A stretch of 64,000 bases of DNA from Fidelibacterota bacterium. GTDB taxonomy: Bacteria; Fidelibacterota; SORT01. The DNA lies in contig JACZYG010000015.1 of assembly GCA_022571215.1 (NCBI GenBank), positions 63 through 64,062 on the forward strand, in the 5' to 3' direction. Below, in pieces: positions 10,237 to 20,140 of the stretch (position 1 is its first letter; each line of letters begins with the position of its first letter). The notes beneath the pieces are model-generated. The model saw only the letters and a program-made list of their open reading frames with translations, searched no databases and was not told where the DNA came from. The position numbers and the translations under genes are program-made.

Positions 10237-10830
10237 TTAGTATGCCCATCCGTAACGTGTGAAATGATTGATGTAGAATACGAGTGTCTTTTCCTCTTCG
10301 TTTACAGTGTACTCTACTACCTCACCACCCGTACCGTCATCTAATATGAAGTAGACCTGTATCAGGTAGGGATCACCGTCAAAACCAAGAGCATCATAAT
10401 TCAACGTGACCTTTACATCGGTGTTGAATGTTATGCTCGGTAAGAACTCTACCTCGGCTGAACAGGGATTCTTTCCATCCATACAGGTTACCTGTACCGA
10501 TATCGTTGTGTTGTCGTCAACCGCTCCGGCAGGTATCTCTACCGTGTTGCCAAATGTCTTCTGACCGCCGACCGAACCACCGGCGCTAACCGTGATCGTC
10601 TTCTCCGCCACATTTGATTTGTTGAGCGCAGTCAACTTCGCCATTGATTTCGGGCTCCACTTTAGAAAGTTCACACCTTCTAATGATGTAGCCGCTCCTG
10701 CTACCGAAGCAGATGTCTTAGCCGATTCCGGCGCCGTCGTCGCTGCGTAATCGCAAGCAACGCTCAGCAACATCGCTACTACTGTTAACGGTAAAAGCAG
10801 GTTTCTGAAGTGCTTTCTGCTTGTATTCAT
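10237..10830 (-). CDS. hypothetical lipoprotein
   Basis: The predicted ORF extends to 10926, but the likely start is the internal Met (MNTSRKHFRNLLLPLTVVAMLLSVAC), which gives a signal peptide plus lipobox; beta-rich C-terminus. Confidence 0.45.
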   Translation of the reverse strand: MNTSRKHFRNLLLPLTVVAMLLSVACDYAATTAPESAKTSASVAGAATSLEGVNFLKWSPKSMAKLTALNKSNVAEKTITVSAGGSVGGQKTFGNTVEIPAGAVDDNTTISVQVTCMDGKNPCSAEVEFLPSITFNTDVKVTLNYDALGFDGDPYLIQVYFILDDGTGGEVVEYTVNEEEKTLVFYINHFTRYGWAY

Positions 10831-11043
10831 TGTTCGTACCTCCGCGTCCTTTATTTTAATAGTCAATTTTTTGAAAATAGTTTTGATTGTGCTTCCCTCT
10901 CCCATAACGTCAATAATATACGACATGCCTGAATATTGTCCGTGATGACTGTCACAATTTGTATAAAAATTATATATTCCCTACTGCATTGTTAATTAAA
11001 GAGTTACAGCGCGTATATATATAGTTCAGGTCAGCTGTATGCT

Positions 11044-11631
11044 TTAATTCCCGTTCAAACCGAGTAAAATCGTTACTTCTTCTTTTAATTCTGAAAGTTT
11101 AAAAGGTTTTTTTAAATATTTTGATACACCGATGTCCATAAGTTTCTTCTCCGTTTCCTCATTCAGAGTGGAAGAAACCACCATAATTTCTGCAGATTTG
11201 TAATCATCAGTATCTTTCACCCTCTTGATCACCTCATATCCATCGATTTTTGGCATGTTTAAGTCTATTATTAACAGATTTGGAACCGAGTTTCCTATCT
11301 TCATAAGACCATCATAGCCGTCTGTGGCTGTATCTACCTTGAGATCACGGTTGAGACTCTCGAGGGTAAGGACAATAGTTTTTATCATTCCGGGATCGTC
11401 ATCTATAACGAGCACTTTTAATTCTGTACTGCCTAAAATTGACTCGTCGATAGGCATATGGTTTTCTTTCAAAAAGCTGATAAAATCACTTTTTGTAACC
11501 TTAAAATGACCCATAGGAGTCTGAAAACCTGAAAGGTGACCTTCTCGTATCCACCGTTTCACGGTAGTAACGTTTACCTCGCAATAACCCGCTATATCCC
11601 CCGTTGATAAGTATTTTTTGTCCATCATCAT
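11044..11631 (-). CDS. response regulator with N-terminal excisionase/MerR-type HTH and C-terminal CheY-like receiver
   Basis: N-terminus YLSTGDIAGYCEVNVTTVKRWIREGHL (excisionase-family HTH); C-terminal receiver (VLVIDDD..., DLNMPKIDGYEV, phospho-acceptor Asp context). Confidence 0.75.
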   Translation of the reverse strand: MMMDKKYLSTGDIAGYCEVNVTTVKRWIREGHLSGFQTPMGHFKVTKSDFISFLKENHMPIDESILGSTELKVLVIDDDPGMIKTIVLTLESLNRDLKVDTATDGYDGLMKIGNSVPNLLIIDLNMPKIDGYEVIKRVKDTDDYKSAEIMVVSSTLNEETEKKLMDIGVSKYLKKPFKLSELKEEVTILLGLNGN

Positions 11632-11932
11632 AATATTAGAACGCTCGATTTACCTCTTTGTTCCTATTTGTACGATATAATTACTTTTCTCAAATTGCCC
11701 TATAGACTTGGGAATATAGCATTTGCCTCATTCAATTACAACCTATTTTTTAAAGTAATGAAGCAATTTCAATGGTTACACGATATTTATCTAATACAAT
11801 AAATTTCATATTCAGTAGGTATTTCTTGCTTGACTTGGAGCGTATCAGGATATACTTTTCAATTTCTGGGAATTATCCTTTTTCTAAAGACAGATTAGGC
11901 GGCAGATATTTTAATTATAACTGATTTTATAG

Positions 11933-14413
11933 ATGTTATCCCTACCTAAATTTGCTCGAATAACCGTCTTCTCGGTTGTAGCTTTTATCACCGTTTTCCT
12001 TGCTACTATTAACTCAGGAAGGTTATCCGATTGGCCGCAAGTCGGCGCGGTGTTTTCTTTCGAAAACAAGCAGGCTGTTGTCCTTGAAATCAATGAAAAC
12101 GAGAAAGACATAAGAATTGGGGACACCTTACTCTCCATAGACGGGAATAGTGTTGATAATAAATTCAATTTATTAAGAGAGTTATGGGCGAAACCTCTTA
12201 CAACCGAAAGAACTTTCCTCATCAAACGCAATGGAGAGACGCTCTCACTGTATATAACGCTCAGGAATCGTTTTTCGAACACGGAAATAATCCTTAGAAT
12301 TCTTTTAGCAGCGCTGTTATTGGCGTTAGGTATGTTTATTTTTTACAAACGTATGTTGATCCATTCTGTCCGCAATCTGTCGTATATATTTATGCTTCTC
12401 GCGTTCTCTGTGAGTGTACCCATAAGTGAGCGTTCGGGGATTGACCTGTTCAGTATAGTTATTCCTTTATGGTGGTCGGTACTCTTTGCTATGATTCCTC
12501 CCATAACTCTGAATTTTGCTCTACGGTTTCCCTATAAAAAGGAAATACTAAAAAAGCGGCCTTATATCGCTTTTCTAATTTATCTGCCTACCGTGATTTT
12601 CATTCCCATTCTTTTATCCGCGCTCCTTGAAGGAGGTCTTTATCAGGAACTCGTAGCCTATCCTCTGTATGACATAACTTATAAGCTGTTCACCGGCTAT
12701 ATGCTCATTTACATACTGATCGCTTACTTTATTTTATTCAAGGTCCTGCGTAATCCGATGGAAAGAAAGCAGAAGATGCAGGTACTTTGGTTTATCTACG
12801 GGTCCGCTGTCGGTCTATTTCCATATTTGTTTCTGCGTGTATTACCTAAAATATTAGGATTCGAAACTCTTATATCGTGGGAAGTGGTTCTTCTGACGCT
12901 ATTTGCGGTGCCGATTTCGTGGGCTATTTCCGTCTTTGGCTACCAGCTCTTCGACGTCGAAGTCGTCATCAACAGAAGTTTAGTCTATTTCACCGTGTTA
13001 TCCTCTCTCGTAACAGTATATATAATTATAATTTATCTTTCTTCCTTATATTTAGGCACTTTTTATGATCTGAATGACAGGATGTTCACGACTCTGACCA
13101 TCGTTGGAGCCGCGTTGTTGTTTGAGCCGGCGCGAAGAAGGATACAATATCTCATAGACAGATTCTTTTACCGCGATTGGTACAGCTATCGAAACACACT
13201 CCTTCAACTCGGCAGACAGCTCTCCTCTATCTCAGACCCACACGCTCTTTACGCGGAATTAGTCAAACAACTTGTTGAAATACTTTATCTTCACAACGCT
13301 TTCTTTTTTGAACTTATAGAGGAAAAACCGGGTAACATTCACACCTTCCGTCTTTCTACGGCTCAAGGCTTGACCGAAGAAGAGATTTCGAGCAGTGACA
13401 ACCTAAGCGGCGGTATTGATTTAGAGATGTCTTCACCGATAATGACACGGTTCGTCGAGAAATTAGATCCGATACATGTTGACCAGATTTGGATATTTCC
13501 CGATCTGCCCGAAGGCTTAAAAGCGCTTCGCCGGGATATGGACAATTTCCACTCTCAGCTGTTTGTGCCTATCGCGCTCAACAATAAGCTGATAGGCATT
13601 ATGTGCTTAGGGAAAAAACGTTCCGGCGCGAGCTTCTCTTTCAAAGACATTCAGCTGCTGAAATCGCTGCAACACGAAGTAAACATAGCCTTGAAGAACT
13701 CGGACCTCATTCGGGGTCTTATCGAAGCTGAACGACTCGCATCTCTTGGCGAAATGTCCGCGAAGATAGCCCATGAAATAAATAACCCGCTCACCGTTAT
13801 AATAATGAACGCTCAATTGGAGCTTGAAAAGGAGCAAAACTCGGCAATGAGCGACACTCTTAATCTTATCGTCAAACATTCTAAAAATATAAAGGAATTG
13901 ACCAGAGGTTATATGAACCTCGGCAAATCCGTAGAATTTGAAAAGAAAAACTTGCTTCTCAGCGAGGTACTACACGCTACGGTTAATTCATTAAAGCCGC
14001 TCGGACAACTTAAATATGTAACTTTGGAAGAATCCTATGCCGACGGTGAACCGGAAGTTTTTGCTGATTTTTCAAGCCTCGAGCAAGTATTCAGGAATCT
14101 TTTGCTGAATGCGGTTCACGCTTCAGCCGCTAATCCGATGAGGAAAATAGTCGTCGGCGTTAATCCCTTTGAAAATGGTGAATTTGTTGAGGCTTTTGTC
14201 TCTGATAACGGTACCGGGATCGAGCCCGAAATAATCGGTAAGATTTTTGACCAATATTTTTCCACCAAAAAAGAAGATATGGGCACCGGACTCGGTCTTT
14301 CTGTTGTCAAAGAGATAATCGAGACAGTTCACAATGGTAAAATATCCGTTGAATCCGAGATCGGTAAAGGAACCGTGTTCAAAATACTGCTTCCGGCGGT
14401 AAGTCCGGCATAA
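11933..14413 (+). CDS. sensor histidine kinase: periplasmic PDZ-like domain, multi-TM (7TMR-DISM-like), GAF, HisKA, HATPase_c
   Basis: N-terminal TM and PDZ-like segment (GDTLLSIDGNSV...), about 7 TM helices, H-box AHEINNPLTVI, N/G1/G2 boxes (NLLLNAVHA, DNGTGI, GTGLGLS). Confidence 0.85.
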   Translation: MLSLPKFARITVFSVVAFITVFLATINSGRLSDWPQVGAVFSFENKQAVVLEINENEKDIRIGDTLLSIDGNSVDNKFNLLRELWAKPLTTERTFLIKRNGETLSLYITLRNRFSNTEIILRILLAALLLALGMFIFYKRMLIHSVRNLSYIFMLLAFSVSVPISERSGIDLFSIVIPLWWSVLFAMIPPITLNFALRFPYKKEILKKRPYIAFLIYLPTVIFIPILLSALLEGGLYQELVAYPLYDITYKLFTGYMLIYILIAYFILFKVLRNPMERKQKMQVLWFIYGSAVGLFPYLFLRVLPKILGFETLISWEVVLLTLFAVPISWAISVFGYQLFDVEVVINRSLVYFTVLSSLVTVYIIIIYLSSLYLGTFYDLNDRMFTTLTIVGAALLFEPARRRIQYLIDRFFYRDWYSYRNTLLQLGRQLSSISDPHALYAELVKQLVEILYLHNAFFFELIEEKPGNIHTFRLSTAQGLTEEEISSSDNLSGGIDLEMSSPIMTRFVEKLDPIHVDQIWIFPDLPEGLKALRRDMDNFHSQLFVPIALNNKLIGIMCLGKKRSGASFSFKDIQLLKSLQHEVNIALKNSDLIRGLIEAERLASLGEMSAKIAHEINNPLTVIIMNAQLELEKEQNSAMSDTLNLIVKHSKNIKELTRGYMNLGKSVEFEKKNLLLSEVLHATVNSLKPLGQLKYVTLEESYADGEPEVFADFSSLEQVFRNLLLNAVHASAANPMRKIVVGVNPFENGEFVEAFVSDNGTGIEPEIIGKIFDQYFSTKKEDMGTGLGLSVVKEIIETVHNGKISVESEIGKGTVFKILLPAVSPA

Positions 14414-14447
14414 TTATAGCTGAAATGACTTAGGGAATATAAATCCT

Positions 14448-15071
14448 CTAATACTTGTAATCTAAAGCGTTTTGCAACGCCGCATTACAACCGTCAGCCG
14501 TCGGCTCAGCATGTCCGGGACACAATGCAGTCGCGGAAAGTTCAAGAAGTCTTTTCACCTCTTCTCTTGCCTGTTCATACGGAGGCATATTTTCTCCTAT
14601 CGGAAAGCGATACGGTCCTCCCTCGCTCTGAGTAATCAGGTCTCCGCAAAATAGAACCGTTGTGTCGTCGGTGTGAGTGTATAGAAGGTGACATGTATTT
14701 TTGAACCAGTTGCCCGCAACCGCTTTTATTCCGGCAGGAAGCTTATCTCCCTCACCGTACCAATGGTCCGGCTCTTCGTCGAGTCCTTTAGAACCGACCG
14801 GCGCATAAACCGTAGCGCCAAATTCTTTCCGATAACGCCATGATGAGCGTTGGTGACCACCGGCGCTGAGTATGACATATTTGGTTTCCGCTACTTCATG
14901 GGTTATCTCATCTTCAAGCGTTACAGGATCGATGACGACCAATCCGTCACTGCTCTTTAACGCATAGCCGTCACCTCTAAAATCACCTATCCGCTCATCG
15001 TTGATTCTGAAATGAAGTAACCACGGAAATACGTAATTTACTTCACTCGCGCGCGCTTTAGGTTCCGACAT
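14448..15071 (-). CDS. MBL-fold metallo-hydrolase (divergent)
   Basis: Motifs VVIDPV, THTDDTTVLFCGDLI, CPGH resemble MBL motifs 1, 3/4 and 5; the canonical HxHxDH motif is degenerate. Confidence 0.45.
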   Translation of the reverse strand: MSEPKARASEVNYVFPWLLHFRINDERIGDFRGDGYALKSSDGLVVIDPVTLEDEITHEVAETKYVILSAGGHQRSSWRYRKEFGATVYAPVGSKGLDEEPDHWYGEGDKLPAGIKAVAGNWFKNTCHLLYTHTDDTTVLFCGDLITQSEGGPYRFPIGENMPPYEQAREEVKRLLELSATALCPGHAEPTADGCNAALQNALDYKY

Positions 15072-15094
15072 TCAACACTCCTTTTTATTGTTAT

Positions 15095-16321
15095 TTATTT
15101 TTCTTCATCTTGATAAGACGGTCTTCTCCCCCGCCCCATAAAACGCCTGATCAACAGAAAGAACAACAGCAGCGCCGTCCCCTGATATAGAAGCGAATAC
15201 TTGCTGTTGAAGAATCCTTCAGACTCTTTTTCCACTATCGTAAGATTCGCTGAGAAAAAAGGCAAAACGCTCTTCGTGATACGGTTGTGTATCCGATTCA
15301 AGTTGTCCCCGTCATACAACTCGAACCGGTGGTTGATATTCCACTCCTTGAGCTTAACGGAAAATTGTCCGTTAGAGTTCATATGCTTGTCAGCAAAACC
15401 CAAATCGAATTTCAACGCTTTCGGATGACCGTCAATTTCGATTATAGCGTTCATATATTTTATCAGCAATTCGTCATTTGTAAGAGAGAACGAAAGCCAC
15501 TTTTCCCAGGCCATTTCGTTCAAAACTTCTTCGCCGTTTTCATAAACATAAGGCAGGTCGCCCATGAAAGGCTTATTCTGAGCGTTCGGAGAGAATGCAG
15601 CCGCTTTCGAGATCATAATTCGCGTAGAATAACTGAGTGAGTCGAACGAAGAGAGTTCGCTCATCGTTGAAGCTTTCAGCATCCGCTCCTTATTACTTTC
15701 GAGAAAACCGGAACCTATATAAGGTTCGGCAACGCTCATTCCGTAAACGGCGCCGAACTTGTCGGGATTATTCAATCCGATCCAAAGCGCTCCGAATCCG
15801 CCCATCGAATGACCCGCGATTCCCCTTCCCAATGGACTTTTCACCGTTCGATAATTTTTATCTATCTCAGAAACGAGGTCTTTAACGATAAAATCCTCCC
15901 AGCCGCCCGCCACTCCGGAATTGACGTACCAACTCCCGCCGTATCTGTTCTTCGCGCCCGGCATAATTATCAGCATCGGTTGGATAGTCCCCTCCTCAAC
16001 AAGATAATCCGCTACATCCGCAATGCTCCACCCCCTTCCAAGCCACTCCTTGCCCGAAGTCCACAGTTGATAATCCGCATCATAGCCGTGCAGCAGGTAG
16101 ATAACGGGATACTCTTTTTCTTTGTTTTCCTCATCGTGATATCCGGGAGGGAGATAAACGATGACATTTCTGAGGGGCGAATCACCAAGCAGGTTCCCTT
16201 CTAACGAAGGACTATTTACGGTGATGGGCTGGAGCCTATCCGCTTTTTCACTCTGCGCAAAGATGGAAGCCGAAAATGAAAAAGAGAGCATGATTATTTT
16301 GATCAGTGAATTATTGGTCAT
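15095..16321 (-). CDS. secreted esterase (alpha/beta hydrolase, putative esterase family)
   Basis: Signal peptide; LHGYDAD and the nucleophile elbow GHSMGGFGAL (GxSxG). Confidence 0.75.
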   Translation of the reverse strand: MTNNSLIKIIMLSFSFSASIFAQSEKADRLQPITVNSPSLEGNLLGDSPLRNVIVYLPPGYHDEENKEKEYPVIYLLHGYDADYQLWTSGKEWLGRGWSIADVADYLVEEGTIQPMLIIMPGAKNRYGGSWYVNSGVAGGWEDFIVKDLVSEIDKNYRTVKSPLGRGIAGHSMGGFGALWIGLNNPDKFGAVYGMSVAEPYIGSGFLESNKERMLKASTMSELSSFDSLSYSTRIMISKAAAFSPNAQNKPFMGDLPYVYENGEEVLNEMAWEKWLSFSLTNDELLIKYMNAIIEIDGHPKALKFDLGFADKHMNSNGQFSVKLKEWNINHRFELYDGDNLNRIHNRITKSVLPFFSANLTIVEKESEGFFNSKYSLLYQGTALLLFFLLIRRFMGRGRRPSYQDEEK

Positions 16322-16480
16322 GCGGTAACTTAACGGTTTTTCACTTTGACGGCAAGAAATTCATGCGGGTCGGAATTTTTACAATCCCGCCTTAGGCGGC
16401 GACAGACTTACCGTGCTCACAAGTCAACCACCCCTGCCTCTTCGAGGCTTCCCCTCCTTAAAAAGGAGGGGGAAAGTCAC

Positions 16481-16530
16481 CGTCATTGCGAGACTTAATT
16501 CATTAGGTCGAAGCAACCTTATAATCGCAA
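16481..16530. repeat. MITE-like palindromic element, GTCATTGCGAG family (short copy)
   Basis: gtcattgcgag ... aatcgcaat inverted termini; shares a core with copies at 23311, 33112, 36576, 41635, 55451 and 55757. Confidence 0.6.
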
Positions 16531-16602
16531 TACAGAAAGACCCGAGTTTACTTCGTCGTTTCTCTCCTCGTAAAGACGGCACATTATACCACTCTTAATA
16601 CG

Positions 16603-16720
16603 CCCTGACCGCACTCACGAGTCAACCACCCCTGCCTCTTCGAGGCTTCCCCTCCTTCAAAAGGAGGGGAAAATAATGCTCCGCAGGAGCGGGCCTGCCC
16701 GACTAATGTCAGGCGGGGGA
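16603..16720. repeat. composite intergenic repeat (gccctgaccgcac module, CCCCTCCTT hairpin, gcctgcccgactaatgtcaggcggg module)
   Basis: The same modules recur at 16400-16475, 41834-41880, 48623-48680, 55665-55815 and 8684-8712. Confidence 0.6.
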
Positions 16721-16816
16721 TATTATCTATCGGTAATTTCTAATTTAACCAAATAGGATAAATCACACCCCTCGTCCGTCAGATGACGGACACTTCCCTC
16801 AAGGGGAGAGGTTGAT

Positions 16817-16852
16817 CGTCTTTGCGAGGATTGGACTCCTCGCAAAGACACG
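16817..16852. repeat. perfect hairpin of the GTCTTTGCGAGGA family
   Basis: cgtctttgcgagga ttgg actcctcgcaaagacacg. Confidence 0.6.
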
Positions 16853-16963
16853 GAACTGAGCTCGGGTCTTGCCCTGACCGCACTCATAAAACAACCTCCC
16901 ACATTTCCCTTGATTACACCACTTCTTCCTTAGTATCATACTATTCACTCATCGTTTGAATCG

Positions 16964-19825
16964 ATGAAAAATTGGAGAACAAGAATGAAACAACTACGCC
17001 TTTTTGCAGCATTACTACTGCTGATTACTTTTTCTACCTGCTCCACCCGGCAGGCAGGAAAACAAACTTCCGAATCCTTTGAACCTCCTTTAACCGCAAC
17101 CATTCCGATTAACCCGAACGTCATAAAGGGAGAATTGGAAAACGGTATCAAGTATCTAATCCTTGTGAACAAAAAGCCTGAAAATCGAGCGGAATTGAGG
17201 CTTGTCGTAAATGTAGGTTCCGTGTTAGAAGCTGATGACCAGCAAGGACTTGCGCATTTCACCGAGCACATGGCTTTCAACGGTACCGAGCACTTTGCGA
17301 AGCATGAAATCATCGATTATCTCGAGTCAATAGGCACACGTTTCGGGGCTGACTTGAACGCATATACGAGTTTTGATGAAACTGTTTATAAGTTAAGAGT
17401 CCCGACCGACAGCATCGCGATAGTTGAAAAAGCGTTTCTAATACTTGAGGACTGGGCAAAGGGAATCACCTTCTCCGATGAAGAGATAGATAAGGAAAGA
17501 GGTGTCGTTATTGAAGAGTGGCGTCGTGGTCAGGGCGCCGAAATGAGGATGTTCAATAAGCAGCTCCCTATTCTCTTCAAAGATTCGCGCTATGCCGAAC
17601 GCTTACCCATAGGGAAGAAGGAAATTTTGGAGAGCTTCCCGTATGAAGCCGTAAAACGTTTTTATAAGGATTGGTATCGCCCGGAACTGATGTCGGTCAT
17701 CGCCGTCGGGGATTTTGACCCCGAATGGATCGAGGGTTTGATTCATGAGCATTTCAGCCGTATTCCCGCAAGCGAAACCGTGAAAACACGTGAGATATTC
17801 CGTATTCCGGATCACGCGGAAACTCTCACCGCCATAGCATCAGACCCTGAGGCTACAGGTTCCAGAATAGCTATCTACTACAAGGTCGAGCCGAAAGAAC
17901 AAAACAGTCACGGCGCGTATCGCGAAGGAATCATAACCAATCTCTACAATAACATGCTGAACAATCGGTTTCAAGAATTGCTGACCGAGCCGGATGCGCC
18001 CTTCTTATATGGATTTTCCGCGCAAGGCAGATTCGTCCGAACCAAAGAGGTTTACTATCTCGGCGCGGGTGTCGGCGACAATGGAATCGAGAGAGGTGTG
18101 GAAGCGCTGCTCACGGAAGCGGAACGGATTGCAAGATACGGGTTTACCGAATCTGAACTCGAACGGAATAAAGTCAGCATCATGCGCAGCATGGAAAAGG
18201 CATATTTGGAGCGGGACAAAACCAATTCACGTTCGTATGCGGCTGAATATATCAGGCACTTTCTCGTTGGAGAACCGATTCCCGGTATCGAGTATGAATA
18301 TAATCTTTACAAGCAATATCTCCCCGGCATCTCAATCGAGGAGATTAACGCGCTTGCCCGCAGCTGGCTGCCCGACGAAAATCGTGTAGTGCTGATAAAC
18401 CTGCCCGAGAAAGAAGGTATCAACGAGGTGAGAGAATCAGATCTGCTTGCCATCTTCAGCAGTGTTGAATCATCCGATCTCGAACCATACGTAGATGCGG
18501 TATCCGACGCTCCTTTACTGCCCGACTTAGCAGAACCTTCCGGCGTCTTATCCACACGCTTCATAGAGGAGATCAACGTCCACGAACTGACGTTGACTAA
18601 TAACGTTCGCATCTTGATGAAGAAAACCGATTTCAAGAACGATGAGATACTTTTCAGGGCATACAGCAGGGGCGGCAGATCCCTCCTCAGCGATGAGGAT
18701 ATAGTAGCGGGCAGAACGGCAACCGATATTGTCGGTGAAAGCGGATATGGAACTTTTAATTATATCCAACTTAAAAAACGGTTGGCGGGTAAGATTGTCA
18801 GCGTATCCCCTTACATCGGTTCGATGATGGAAGGGATCACAGGTTCATCCTCGCCCGAAGATTTAGAGACGATGTTTCAACTTATACATCTTATCTTCCA
18901 ATCTCCACGCAAGGACACTACCGCTTTTTTAGCGTATAAAGAACGGATGACGGGGTTTCTCCAAAATCTCAGAGCGCGTCCTGAAGCAGCATTCCGGGAC
19001 ACCGTATCGGCGATACTGACACAGCGGAGTCCCCGCTACCGTCCATGGTCTATAGACTTCATAGACGAGTTCGACCACGACAGGTCGTTTGAGATTTTCC
19101 GCGACCGGTTCGCGGATGTAGACGGCTTCACATTCATTTTTGTCGGCAATTTCGAGATAGACGAACTGACCGAACTGGCTCAAACGTATCTCGGTAGTCT
19201 GCCGGCGCTAAACAGAAACGAAAATTGGCGGGACGACGGAGTTGACCCCCCTGTCGGAGTCATCAAGCGGAGCGTGTTCAAGGGACAGGAACCGAAAAGT
19301 TTTACGCGATTCGCTTTCACGGGTGATTTTAAATGGAATCGCCAAAACAGATACGAGTTAGCTTCAATGGCGAAAGTACTTGGTATCAAGCTGCGGGAAG
19401 TGCTGCGGGAAGATCTCGGCGGAACATACGGCGCGCGGGTACGGGCGACAGCGCAAGAGTTTCCGGATCAGGAATACCGCGTGGATATTTCATTCGGAAG
19501 CGCTCCCGAACGAGTCAGCGAACTTTCCGAAGCCGTGCTTTTGCAGATAGACAGCCTGAAGAACTTCGGCACTACCGATAAATATCTCACAAAGGTCAAG
19601 GAGATTCAGCTTCGCAGTCGCGAGACAGACCTGAAGGAAAACGGGTTTTGGGTCAGCGCTCTCGAAAACATCGCTAAACATAACGGGGATTTTTCTGATA
19701 TGAACAGCTATGACGAGCTTGTGGAATCACTCTCCCTCGAAACCATCCAAAATGCCGCACGAAAATATCTCAATGATAATAATTACGTGCAGGTTTCACT
19801 CTATCCTGAGGGATTCGAAGAATGA
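16964..19825 (+). CDS. M16-family zinc metallopeptidase (pitrilysin/insulinase-like, tandem M16 units)
   Basis: Inverted zinc motif HFTEHMAFNGTEH (HxxEH); 953 aa, consistent with active plus inactive M16 halves; signal peptide. Confidence 0.85.
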   Translation: MKNWRTRMKQLRLFAALLLLITFSTCSTRQAGKQTSESFEPPLTATIPINPNVIKGELENGIKYLILVNKKPENRAELRLVVNVGSVLEADDQQGLAHFTEHMAFNGTEHFAKHEIIDYLESIGTRFGADLNAYTSFDETVYKLRVPTDSIAIVEKAFLILEDWAKGITFSDEEIDKERGVVIEEWRRGQGAEMRMFNKQLPILFKDSRYAERLPIGKKEILESFPYEAVKRFYKDWYRPELMSVIAVGDFDPEWIEGLIHEHFSRIPASETVKTREIFRIPDHAETLTAIASDPEATGSRIAIYYKVEPKEQNSHGAYREGIITNLYNNMLNNRFQELLTEPDAPFLYGFSAQGRFVRTKEVYYLGAGVGDNGIERGVEALLTEAERIARYGFTESELERNKVSIMRSMEKAYLERDKTNSRSYAAEYIRHFLVGEPIPGIEYEYNLYKQYLPGISIEEINALARSWLPDENRVVLINLPEKEGINEVRESDLLAIFSSVESSDLEPYVDAVSDAPLLPDLAEPSGVLSTRFIEEINVHELTLTNNVRILMKKTDFKNDEILFRAYSRGGRSLLSDEDIVAGRTATDIVGESGYGTFNYIQLKKRLAGKIVSVSPYIGSMMEGITGSSSPEDLETMFQLIHLIFQSPRKDTTAFLAYKERMTGFLQNLRARPEAAFRDTVSAILTQRSPRYRPWSIDFIDEFDHDRSFEIFRDRFADVDGFTFIFVGNFEIDELTELAQTYLGSLPALNRNENWRDDGVDPPVGVIKRSVFKGQEPKSFTRFAFTGDFKWNRQNRYELASMAKVLGIKLREVLREDLGGTYGARVRATAQEFPDQEYRVDISFGSAPERVSELSEAVLLQIDSLKNFGTTDKYLTKVKEIQLRSRETDLKENGFWVSALENIAKHNGDFSDMNSYDELVESLSLETIQNAARKYLNDNNYVQVSLYPEGFEE

Positions 19826-19914
19826 CGATTTATTAGGCTCATCTACGAGCCAGAATTTGCAACGAAGTTCCTACGGAGCAAAGACAGGTATAGGTGAGGC
19901 TGCCTGCATTATGT

Positions 19915-20004
19915 AACTCTTGACACACCCCGCCCTTCGGGCACCCCTCTTAATAGAGGGGTGGATTCGAATCCAAAGGATGAGAAGACGGGGTGTGTCA
20001 AGAG
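19915..20004. repeat. about 90-bp composite hairpin element (module B: CACCCCTCT-loop-AGAGGGGTG with long outer arms)
   Basis: ctcttgacacaccccg...cacccctcttaatagaggggtg...cggggtgtgtcaagag; partial copies at 22125, 23497, 25511, 25948 and 48431. Confidence 0.65.
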
Positions 20005-20140
20005 TTGAAGATTAACGTCATTGCTAAAAACAGACTACACTGATAAATATTTAGTCGTTTCCAATTTGCGCGTTTAATAGTACATTCTACATTAAACGCA
20101 CTACTCGCAATTAAATAGAATTCAAAACGGAGGCAACACC

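Noticed and set aside
14448-15071. Considered calling this a beta-lactamase
   Set aside because: Only the distal MBL motifs are recognisable and the HxHxDH zinc site is degenerate. It is therefore called a divergent MBL-fold hydrolase and no substrate is inferred.
16322-16960. Possible CRISPR array, because the spacer contains several similar G/C-rich repeats
   Set aside because: The repeats are inverted, not direct. They are irregularly spaced, heterogeneous in sequence and dispersed across at least 12 spacers in the window. No cas genes are present. The pattern fits REP/MITE-like elements, not CRISPR.
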